Shown one piece after another: positions 1-10,593 of a DNA stretch of 64,000 bases. The first letter of the stretch is position 1. Every line of letters begins with the position of its first letter. Made by a program: the position numbers and the translations under genes. Source of the stretch: Octopus sinensis (lineage: Eukaryota); NCBI RefSeq assembly GCF_006345805.1, contig NC_042999.1:54436001-54500000 (forward strand). Reading direction: 5' to 3'. The notes beneath the pieces were generated by a model, which was not told the origin of the DNA, did not search any database, and saw nothing but the letters and a program-made list of their open reading frames with translations.

Positions 1-786
1 GATTGGGTGGGGATTGTGCATATAGCAATAGACACTTCGATATATGGAACTTACAGCAACAATATCCTTGTATCCGCATGCGTGTCCAGTTGGTCTTCCT
101 TTAGTTTATTGCTTATATATGATGGATGTCAACTCATTAGACGAACATGACTATCATTGATGCCTCATCAATGCCCGTGCAATTGCTTTATGTCAAATGC
201 AGCTTCCTCAACACCAAAAAAGCTTTCACTAGCAATACCAAAAAGCCCAGAGACAACCAAAGTTCAAAGTGTCTGACTCTGCTGAAAAAAAAAGCATATT
301 TATCCTTTTCTATTCGATTTCAATAATAAACATTTTATTTTATTTATTATTTTTTGAAACTATAATATCAAATGCGAATGTGTATGAAATATCAAGGAAT
401 GATGTGGATGGGAAATGCAAAAAAAGAGAAAAAGTTTTCAAAACAGTCAATATTTTTGTAGTTCAAAAATTGCATTTTATGCCATAAAATGTCGTCTAGA
501 ATTAGCCAGAGCTAATAATGACAGACTTTAACTTATAAATATTGTTAAGCACACCTCTGCAAAGGCAATGCACATAAGCAATTCACTTGAGATACAACGT
601 TTAGAAAGACTGTTTTTAGCAGATCCCCAAATGGGGCTCATTGCAGGCAAAGGGTTAAGGACATGTTGATTGTTCTGTGTAGATGTTGATAACGTAGAAC
701 GTAATTAAACCCCTTATTCGTTGCTCGGATGGGTCGTTTTTGTTTATGTTTTTTTGAAAATATCATTTAATATTTCTGTACAGGTT

Positions 787-995
787 TAAGGCAACGGGCC
801 GTATTTAGCAAGCAGGGCAAAATGCTTAACGGTATTTCATCAGTCTTTATGTTCTGAGTTCAAATTCCAACGAAGTCGACTTGCCTTTCATCCTTTTGGA
901 ATCGATAAAATAAGTACCAGTTACACACTGGGGTTCGATGTAATCGACTTACCTACTCCCCCGAAATTGCTGGCCTTGTGCCAAAATTTGAAACC
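787..995 (+). mobile_element. tRNA-derived SINE, family A (alpha tail)
   Basis: B-box-like GAGTTCAAATTCC; body GTCGACTTGCCTTTCATCC...AAGTACCAG recurs more than 10 times in the window; 18-bp TSD at 769-786 and 996-1013 (1 mismatch). Confidence 0.85.
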
Positions 996-1010
996 AATAT
1001 TTCTGTATAG

Positions 1011-1061
1011 GTTCTGTGAGCAATACGGCGATATCTGTACTCCTTTGTACCAGGATGAGTG
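1011..1061 (+). CDS. candidate internal coding exon, (R)FCEQYGDICTPLYQDE(W), unidentified host gene
   Basis: Acceptor TTTCTGTATAG at 1000-1010, donor GTATGT at 1062, 51 nt, open in phase 2/2, non-repetitive sequence. Confidence 0.45.
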
Positions 1062-2082
1062 GTATGTACAAAAGTCTGCTCCAGAAATGGTATCCAAATC
1101 TGATAGAATTATATTTAAATTATTCTTCAAGATATTTCTTGAACAATGAAATTTCATAGATTATCTACTCTGGGATGTTTTAAATTTGAAACAGAATTTG
1201 AATAATATTTAATTCTGAAGAATCAACCATTGAGGTCACGTCACTGAACTTTACTATTCTCTGAAGTGGATGACTATTCTCGGTATTTATTTTAGACGAA
1301 CCAAATCCACGTACAATTAAAGAATTACTGCTGGATCATCAGTCTCATCTAATAACTCTGAGCTTCAAATATTAAGAGGAACCAACCGAATTTGGAATAT
1401 TAGAGCCAGTGGAATTAAAATTCATTACTAAAATACTATTGATCTACTTAATTAGTGCATTTGATTAAAGTTCTTTTGTGTGATTGTACATAACTCTATG
1501 TGCTCGTAAAACTAAATATTCACAGGAAATAAAGGGAACTTCTTAGAAGCAAAGTAGAAAGATGATTAGCCTTTATCGATTTCAGGCACAAAGGGCAGCT
1601 AACCAAATGGCAGGATGTATGTAGACTCACATTTCTTAACGGTATCCTTTTGAAGATGAACCGTAATGCCTGAAATATGCAAAAGTGACTCAGCCTTCCT
1701 ATTCGCATTGTAAGAAGCTTGACACTTTTTCATTTTGTTTGTTAGTCTACTTCTGTACCACAATGTTTCAAGCAACCCTTAACTTTCTTTAAACATTCAC
1801 TTATTTTTCTTCTTTATATTCTTGTACACTTTTACTTAGTATCACGTACAGAAGAGGAATCTCCAGTCATGTTGAGGGGGTTGATGGATCTGCTACAAAT
1901 AACAGCTGATTGTAGAACACATCACTTCTATCGTCCATAACGAAATAATAAATTAATTTGGAGCAGTTTGGGTGAAGCATTGTATGATATTAAATTAGAT
2001 AAAAACTCATTAAAATGCCGAAACAATGCAAAATGTATGAACAACAGTTAATGTTTTACCTTGTATTTCTTTAATATTTCAG

Positions 2083-2125
2083 GATTAGAATCCTTTCATC
2101 GGGGCAAGTGGAGAACTGAGAGATG
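2083..2125 (+). CDS. candidate exon: either terminal (W)IRILSSGQVEN* (stop 2117-2119) or internal GLESFHRGKWRTER(W)
   Basis: Strong pyrimidine tract and TTTCAG acceptor ending at 2082; GTATAG donor at 2126; frame ambiguous. Confidence 0.35.
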
Positions 2126-2139
2126 GTATAGAGCTGTTA

Positions 2140-2520
2140 TCTTTGCGCAGATATGTGGAAGAGAGTGCGCCTGAAAAGGATAAGCGCGTCGTTCTCGGTG
2201 ACTCCAACGCCAGAGTTGGTACTGGCTACCAGACATGGCAGATGGGAGCCATTGGAAGAAACGGAGTTGACAAAAGCAGCGCCAAAGGTCATCCGTTGCT
2301 GAAGATTTGTTCTGCGCATGACCAGTCGATCACCAACACACCATTTCGCCTGTCCAGCCGCAAAAGAAAGTCTTGGCTGCATCCATACAGCAAACATCGG
2401 CATTTAATAGACTATCATAGTCGGGAGTAGGGTAACAAAAGGCCATGTGTGACACAGAATGCAAGGCGAGGGCAGTAACATGCAAAGACTGGTATTGTTA
2501 CGGCAACCCACCTGCCTCGT
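2140..2520 (+). mobile_element. RTE-clade LINE, AP-endonuclease fragment
   Basis: Translation VVLGDSNARVG...SWLHPYSKHRHLIDY matches RTE APE motifs (GDFNARVG; TWxHPRSKxWHLIDY). Confidence 0.8.
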
Positions 2521-3044
2521 GTCTGTTGCTTGACAAAGATTTAAATTCATTCAGCCTCCTTGATTCTAAGATTAATAAATAAATAAAAATGGAACCACAC
2601 ATTCAAAAACGTAGTCCTTGTAAATAAGAAGGAACGGTCATAGTTTGAAATCTCTTTGACATATTGGTCAAATATAACAAGAACTGACAAGGAAGATACT
2701 AAAACAGTAACTTCAGCGCCAAAGCTACAGAAAATACAAGATTAGAACCACTGAACCAGTTATGGCAATCTTACAAATGCCCACATACCATCCGTTTGGG
2801 TATGATAGGGATGGGCGAGGATATAGAAGTACATCCACACAGATGATGGAACCAAGATTTGAACGTAGAACAACTTCACCACAAAAGCAGTCTCTTCCTT
2901 ATCTCTTCCTTCCTGAACTGCACTGCTTAGATTCTAAAAGAGATTAAACCACAATTTACCAAAATAGAACTGGAATAATTATGGTTCTGTCTGGTAATTA
3001 TGGCAAAGAGAAATACTGATAAAAGACAGACAATGAATATGCAT

Positions 3045-3267
3045 AGATATATATACGCGAAGCTGTGCATATATGCATGTGTGCATTGCTATGTAAGTGT
3101 GTGTGAGTGTGTCTATGTGTGTGCGCGTGTATGTGTGTGTCTGAGTATCTCGAATATTTACGTCATTTCTGCATTTTATTTTATACATTCTTGCACCTCA
3201 CACATTTCCTTCTTTCAAGACCCATGCCCCTCGCTCGCACACACACAAATATGTATATATATGTATG

Positions 3268-3344
<77 letters not shown>

Positions 3345-3530
3345 GTATGTATATATATATGTATGTGTGTGCGTGTATGTATGTATATATATATAATACA
3401 TCCATATACATACATATGCTTATCTATAAAAACATATGAATATACGTATATATATATATAAATGGTGAATGTACATAGATGTTCATATATATATATGTAT
3501 ATGTATATATGCATGTATACATGTGTATAT
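3045..3530. repeat. compound (TA)n/(TG)n microsatellite block
   Basis: Direct reading. Confidence 0.95.
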
Positions 3531-3534
3531 CTAG

Positions 3535-3646
3535 TGCGCGTAAGTGCGTATGCGCGTAAGTGCGTGTGCGCGTAAGTGCGTATGCGCGTAAGTGCGTGTG
3601 CGCGTAAGTGCGTATGCGCGTAAGTGCGTGTGCGCGTAAGTGTGTG
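3535..3646. repeat. 16-bp minisatellite with alternating variants (32-bp higher-order unit)
   Basis: TGCGCGTAAGTGCGTA and TGCGCGTAAGTGCGTG alternate over 7 units. Confidence 0.95.
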
Positions 3647-4154
3647 AGTGTGTGTTCATGCTCTCGCGTGTAAGTGGTGCTGAAAGCCCATACTTACGAA
3701 AGAAGCATACACTCACACATTCAAATTGATAAATCACATGAATAAAGGGAAACACAGCGTGTGATCTGCACATAGCACACACACACACACACAAGTACAT
3801 ATATTATACACATTGAAATATGCGTGAGTAGATATGAGCGTCTACGCCTTCATATCTAGCAGAGAGAGAAATAAAAGAACCACTCGGTGACTAATTGTAA
3901 AGAACCATTTTTTCTTTTCTTTTTTTCTGTTATCTCCGCGTTTAATCTTAGTGTGAGTATGAAAATATGGAACTTTCTCAACCAGTGTTTTAGTTATTGC
4001 TAGCCAAGGGAGTAAAAGCTATTGCCGTAGCCAAGATGGCGTGTAACCTGCCCGTCAAAAGTCTCTCTCTCTCTCTCACTCTCCCTCTATCTCTCACGCG
4101 CTCTCTCCCTCGATCACCATTATTTCCCTCTCTCATTCACAATATCTACCTATC

Positions 4155-4168
4155 TTATCTATCTATCC

Positions 4169-4235
<67 letters not shown>

Positions 4236-4269
4236 CGTCCATCTATCTATCTATCCGTCCATCTATCTA
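4155..4269. repeat. (TCTA)n microsatellite, 5' flank of the Tx1-like LINE
   Basis: Direct reading. Confidence 0.95.
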
Positions 4270-6115
4270 GCGTGTCTGCATACGCGGACGACGTCACCGT
4301 CATAGTGTCTAGCCACGAGCACATCGAGCAGGTCGGCGAGACACTGAAAAACTACGAAGCGGTGACAGGAGCGAAAATCAACCGGGAAAAGTCAGTGGGC
4401 TTGCGACTAGGCACCTGGAGAAGCAAGCCCATGCCGTCCACCAGCGCCTCCGTCGTGGGACGCTGGACTGACGGCCTGGTTGAGTTGCTCGGGGTCTGGT
4501 TTGGTCCGGACCTCCAAGTGGAGAAGAACTGGAACGAGATAACGAGTAGGGTGGTCACTCTCGCCCGGCAATGGGCCGAGAGGAAACTGTCCCTAAAAGG
4601 TCGGGCGGAGGTGGCGAACATGTACATCGCGTCCGTCATCTACTACCGCCTGACCGTCGTACCTTGTCCCGACCCTACCATCACCAAACTACAACGCATT
4701 CTCTTTCGCTTCTTGTGGAAAGGATGCGTCCCGATGGTCAGGCGATCCATTTGCTGTCAACACCCGTTAAAAGGAGGGCTGGGCATGCCGTGGTTGATGA
4801 TGCGCAGACACGCGCTGAGACTGCGACATCTCTGGCTCTATGTAGACGACGGTGAACAGGTGTGGTCGCCGTTTGTGAGGCACGCATTCCCGCAACTCGT
4901 CTCCATGACCGAACTGCAGTCGTGGATCAAAAAGAGGCCGAGGAAGGGCGATTGGCACCGCGAGTGTCGCGTTGCTCTCAAGCAACTCTGCCGTCCCGGG
5001 TCGACCTTGAGTGACTTCAACACAACCAAAGCATTCTATAGGGGATTAGGGGAGGTACGACGACGAGCTCGGGGCGAACCTGGACATCGACGAGGAGTAC
5101 CTGACCCGCCTGTTCAGGACGACTTTCGGGCCAGGGCCCATGGACAACTTCCAGAGATCCCTGGCCTGGCAGTGCTACCGAGAAGCGTTACCCGTTCGGG
5201 ATAAGCTCTACAGACACGGCTCGAGAAACACGGGGCCGACCTGCCCGAGATGCGGTCAGAGCGACGAAACCGTTCTGCACGCACTCGTGCAGTGTCCAAC
5301 AATTTCCGACCTGTGGGCTTATGTCGAACAACTGCTGTCACGTGTGGGACGAGTTGGTTTATCAGCTGAGTCTATCGTCAATATTGTCACGCCTCCTTCC
5401 TTCAAACGGGAAGGAAGAGCTATTTTCATCATCCTTGTGGCTATGGCGAAAGAATGTATCTGGTGGACGCGTCTGAAAGGATTGGAGACAAACACTTTCC
5501 TCTCTGGTCAATCTCTCATCAACTTCTTCAAGTACCACTTGAAAAGGAAAGTGAGAGTAGAGAGGCAAGTTTTGTCTAGCGAATGTTTAAAAAAAAGATG
5601 GGTGAATGTAGCAAGGATGGCACGTATGAATGACGAAGCCACCTTGAGCATAATCCTATGAACCCAGAAATTGAAAACAGAGGGTTACCCACTTGCAAAC
5701 AAATGTGGTAACATATAACAATATTGACCAAGGTTACCGTGGTCTTTTTCGTAGGCTTTTCTTCCCACGGATAAACCTTACTTGCTTTCCCCTTTACACC
5801 ATATATCATAACACTGTGATACACGATCCCTATTGATCGTTTTTTTTTCTTTTCCTCTTCCCCTTTTTTCCCCTTTTTTCTTCTTTTTTCATTTCTCTTT
5901 CCTTTTGTTCCTTTTCCTTTTCTTTTTTTTTCTTTTTATTCTTTTTATTTTATTCAATTTTTTTTCTTTTCTTCCTTTTTACGATCCCTCTTGATCGAAA
6001 ACCTACGCCACCCCTTTTTTTCTTTTGTTTTTGTTCTCTTCATCCCCCAAAAGAAAAGCTCTACCTTGTAACTTGTCCCATCTGTGTGCAGCCCTGTGTG
6101 GCCAATAAAGAAACT
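4270..6115 (+). mobile_element. 5'-truncated Tx1/L1-clade LINE (RT C-terminus, zf-RVT, 3'UTR), copy 1
   Basis: SAYADDV, LLGVWFG, GGLGMP in ORF 4272-5204; frameshifted into ORF 5140-5661 with CPRCGQSDETVLHALVQC; pyrimidine-rich 3'UTR ending AATAAAGAAACT. Confidence 0.88.
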
Positions 6116-6124
6116 TATCTATCC

Positions 6125-6173
<49 letters not shown>

Positions 6174-6209
6174 ATCTATCTATCTATCTATCTATCCATC
6201 CATCCATCC

Positions 6210-6248
<39 letters not shown>

Positions 6249-6273
6249 CATCCATCCATCTATCTATCTATCC

Positions 6274-6335
<62 letters not shown>
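6116..6335. repeat. (TCTA)n microsatellite, 3' flank of the Tx1-like LINE
   Basis: Direct reading. Confidence 0.95.
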
Positions 6336-6337
6336 TT

Positions 6338-6645
6338 CTCTGTCGAACCAAAATGCAAATATATGGGGAACTACCACCTGTGTCACCTCTTGTGAAAGGT
6401 AGGAGAGTCCAGTTTGCTGGACATTGTTGTAGAGCTGAAAACGAGGCAATTTCTACTCTTCTTCTCTGGAAGCCATCTACTCGCAATACCAGAGGGCGCA
6501 CACTCTCATACCCTGATGTAATCTCCAGGGATACAGGCATCCAGCAACAGGACCTCCGTAATGCTATGATGGACCGTGAAGTCTGGCGTAGCATGGTAAA
6601 TTCCATTGTCTCGACCACGATCGAACAATGATGATGATGATGATG
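6338..6645 (+). mobile_element. RTE-group LINE 3' fragment with (TGA)n tail
   Basis: RRVQFAGHC...TRGRTLSYPDVISRDTG...AMMDREVWRSMV* is a typical RTE C-terminus. Confidence 0.8.
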
Positions 6646-6861
6646 TCTATCTATCTGTCTATCTATTCATACATCTATCTATGCATCGATCTTTCCAATC
6701 ATTCATCCATTTATACATGATTCTAACCAATCAATTCTCCTCTTTCTACGCCTATCTGTAGAACTGTCCATCTAGTTCTACTTATATAGATCTATCTATG
6801 CATATTTTTCTCTCTCTCTCACTCTTATCCTGGGACGCTCTTAATGTCTATTTATTATTCA

Positions 6862-6976
6862 CGGACATATGGCATAGGGGTTAAGAGCGCGGGCAACTAA
6901 CTCCAAGATTTCGAGTTCGATTCCAAGCAGTGACTTGAATAATAATAATAATAATAATAATAACAACAACAACAAG

Positions 6977-7042
<66 letters not shown>

Positions 7043-7082
7043 AACAATAATAATAATAATAATTAATAATAATAATAATAAT

Positions 7083-7114
<32 letters not shown>

Positions 7115-7270
7115 AAACAACATCGAAAACTTACCTTAGGAATGAGAACCCAGGTTCGAAATATCCCCAAAACACCTGATGAAGGCTGGAGGGTATATCA
7201 GCTGAAACGTTGTGTTAACAACAAACAAGATGAGGACAAATGTCTGTCAAATGTAAACACTGTAAATAAT
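6862..7270 (+). mobile_element. tRNA-headed SINE-like element, family D: Pol III head, (AAT/AAC)n middle, hammerhead-containing tail
   Basis: A box TGGCATAGGGG 6870-6880, B box GAGTTCGATTCC 6913-6924, microsatellite 6938-7120, HHR motif 7171-7216. Confidence 0.7.
7171..7216 (+). ncRNA. minimal type-I hammerhead ribozyme motif
   Basis: AACAC-CTGATGA-A-GGCTG(10 nt)CAGCT-GAAAC-GTT-GTGTT: 5-bp stem I, 5-bp stem II, palindromic ACGT stem III, GUU cleavage triplet. Confidence 0.75.
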
Positions 7271-7617
7271 TCCTCATCTCTTAAATATAGATCTGTAGGT
7301 AAAGAATTGCATAAATAATTTCGGTATATATGGGAATGTACATGAATTTTTCTGTTCTTTCGTTTTCTAGAAAAACCTTTGTTTTTGAAGGAGAAAATTT
7401 TCATTATTTTTTGGCGAATATCTTCTCCTTTCACCTTCTCATTGTCTTTGACAAACCAGCAGACAATGAAACAGCAGGAAGCCATTCCAGAGTCTTGTTG
7501 TTGCGTTTTACTCGTTATTGTACATATTCTTATATTCTATATAGGTTTTACATCTGAATTCTTTATTCTCACTTGACATTTAAACTGGAAGACTTGAAGC
7601 AAAACAAGAAAAAAACA

Positions 7618-7830
7618 TTCTTTTCTACTCTAGGCTTAAAGCCCGAAATTTTCGGGGAGGGGACCAGTCGATTAGATCGACCCCAGTACCCAACTGGTAC
7701 TTTATCGACCACCGAAAGGATCAAAAGCAAAGTCGACCTCGGCAGAAATCGAACTAAGAACATAAAGACAGACGAAATACTGCTAAGCTTTTCGTCCGGC
7801 GTGCTAACGTTTCTGCCAGCTCGTCGCCTT
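7618..7830 (-). mobile_element. SINE family A
   Basis: Reverse complement of the family A head, body and alpha tail. Confidence 0.85.
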
Positions 7831-8494
7831 AAAAAGGAAGAAACATTGAGACGATACTGGCAAAGGATCAGAGAAGAATAAATTCAGAAAATATGAGAAA
7901 GTTTAAAACGAAATCCACGGATAAGAAGAAGAAATATCATTAAGTAGTAATCTACAGAAAAAGTAGTGTATCGAAAAGAAAATTTCGCAGAAAGAGCCAG
8001 GGAACATGGATGGTGGTGAACGGAGTGACTATATGTGAATGCATCGAGAGAAAAAGTATGAAGAAAGCAAGAGGAACGAAGAATATTGGCGAGAATATCA
8101 GGAGGACTTTGAGAAAACAATCAAACGAGAAAACATCAAGCAAATAAGAGTTGCTGAGTACTGGCCTACACACCTGTCAATGGTCTGAGTCTCACACAGG
8201 GATCTCTTGCTCCTTATTGTTCTCTGTTCACTTCTGCGTTCTAAAACCTCTCTCGTATTCTTTGCCCCCTCCTTTCCTTCAATCAAGCAGACACATTGCA
8301 AGATGGAGAAGAAAGCAGGAACAAGAAATGCGATGGACGTATTGATCCTAAGATTTTTTTCGAAGAACATCAAGGAAATTTAATCAAGACTTAAGTGTAT
8401 AGTTGGCGTTCGGTCTATTTGTGTACATGTGTGTGCATGTGAGTGTGTTTGTGTGCCTGTGTGTTTCTATACGCGACGTGTGTTTCAAACAGTT

Positions 8495-8563
<69 letters not shown>

Positions 8564-8604
8564 ATAATTATATAAATACTTATAACAAGGGGTCAGCTTT
8601 TATG

Positions 8605-8714
8605 CTTCGCCATGTACTGAATAAGAAAATCTTTTTTACTACCATAAAACCTCCGAGATTTTATGGTAGAAAAAATGACTTTGGCGTCTATTTCTAATTC
8701 AGTACGTGGCGAAG
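8605..8714. repeat. short nested inverted repeat (MITE-like or Penelope-end-like)
   Basis: CTTCGCCATGTACTGAAT 8605-8622 pairs with ATTCAGTACGTGGCGAAG 8697-8714; inner CTACCATAAAA pairs with TTTTATGGTAG. Confidence 0.7.
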
Positions 8715-8832
8715 AATATTGTTATTTGTTATAATTATATATATAATTATAAAATTTACCTAAAAGGTTTTTCATTCCGTACTGGCTACCTGGTAAAATT
8801 ATTAATATATATATATATATATATAATATATA

Positions 8833-8891
<59 letters not shown>

Positions 8892-9382
8892 TTATTTAAA
8901 ACAGCTTCATTCGGCTCCATGAGATTTAAAGTTTCGAAGGCTTCACACAGAAACACGGCTTGTTCAAACACAAATTACCGAATAATTTAATTCGAAACGA
9001 GCCGGATTTCTGTTACAAGCCTGCAAAACTTTAAGTCGCAAGAAGCCGAATCCATCTATTTTAAATGATTATATGTAACTCCAGATATATATGTTGAATG
9101 TCCTATTCTTTCATTTGTCCACCCACACGTATGCACACACATATGTGTATGTGTGTGTGTGTGTCTATACACACGTATATATACATATATGTATATGTTT
9201 GTGTATGCATATATATATGTATATACATATATATACACATATATATGTGTGTGTAAATATGTACCTGTGCATATATATATATGTAAATATATATATATGT
9301 ATTAGTATGTATGTATATATATATATATATATACATACATATACATATATATATATGTATATATACATTTATAAATATACAT

Positions 9383-9417
<35 letters not shown>

Positions 9418-10269
9418 CCAATGCTGCTTTGAAAATCTAAATGTCGGATCAGTTGTCAGTAAAGTAGACACATTCGTCTCTATTTGTGGCGAAACAGATC
9501 AAACAGGCGGTGACTGTTTTCTTTTTTTTTCTTTTTCTTATTTTTTAGAGATGAATGTCCGAATTTTAGGAGACAGTTGACAAATTATGTTCGGAATTCG
9601 GGTTTGACATTCCTGTTGTTATTTGTTAAAGGAGTCAACCGTTACGTAATCGGGTGATTGAGCAAATACAGCGAGAAAGCTTGCCTGACTTGTCCTATTA
9701 AACAAATCCAACTCCACAATTAAATGCTTTGTGATTCACTTCAATATCGTATTGAGTTTCTTAATCTGAGAGGTTTGACGATGCATGGAATGGTATAAGT
9801 TACTTCAGTCCTCCAGCTCTGCTGTTACTAAATCTACTAACCATTATTAAGTTTCCTCTGATCCTGTACTTATCTCATTGATTCTACCTCGAGAGTGACC
9901 TACAAATATTTACCTTTAATGAATGAATACATATATGGGTGTATGTTAAGTAAGTGTGTGTGTGTGTGTGTGTGTGTTCGTATGTGTATGCACTGCGTCT
10001 ATGAAGATATCTTACTTCATGTATCAATGAACCTGAGAGTAAGAATGTGGCCCACACCATATTTTCACGACTGTGAACAATGGAGTCTTCGATTCAATCA
10101 CATTTCACGGCAGTGGCGCAGCAATCTGGTAAAATAGCGCCCTGAGTGGGATTGGATGAACGAAAACTGTTCGGAATCCCGACTTATATATACATGTGTG
10201 TGTTTATATACCTGTATATCTATATAATCGTGTGTGTGTGTTGGTCTAAACGTGTATACGCACGTGAAT

Positions 10270-10515
10270 GCAAGTATATGCACGAGAAGTCAACCATAAC
10301 AAAACATACAAATCTGCACGTATACATACACACACACATACATACATACATACATACATACATACATACATACATACATACATACATACATACATGCAAA
10401 AATACCTTGTTATTGTTGTTGAAATTCCGATGAAGGAACCTTGGATCTAGGTTAGAAACCAGCTCTTTCTTTCTTGCCAAGAAATCTTGAAATAAAACTG
10501 AATAATGGCATACAT
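10270..10515 (+). mobile_element. Dong/R4-like LINE 3' terminus (3'UTR piece, (TACA)n, 110-bp terminal segment)
   Basis: AAATCTGCAC(G)TATACATAC matches the 3'UTR at about 11960-11990; the terminal segment recurs at 13268 and 13585. Confidence 0.65.
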
Positions 10516-10562
10516 ACATATATGCATACATACATACATACATACATACATACATACATACA

Positions 10563-10591
<29 letters not shown>

Positions 10592-10593
<2 letters not shown>

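Noticed and set aside
130-180. Minus-strand IDEASMI, resembling a PIF1-type Walker B motif
   Set aside because: Bounded by stops, with no other helicase motifs nearby
6862-6937. SINE heads (here and in families A, B and C) as tRNA genes
   Set aside because: A and B boxes are present, but there is no complete cloverleaf and the heads are fused to repeat bodies
10400-10480. CCGATGAAGGAACC...GGTTAGAAACC in the Dong terminal segment as a hammerhead
   Set aside because: No U16.1-H17 site pairing with stem III and no stem I in any of the three copies
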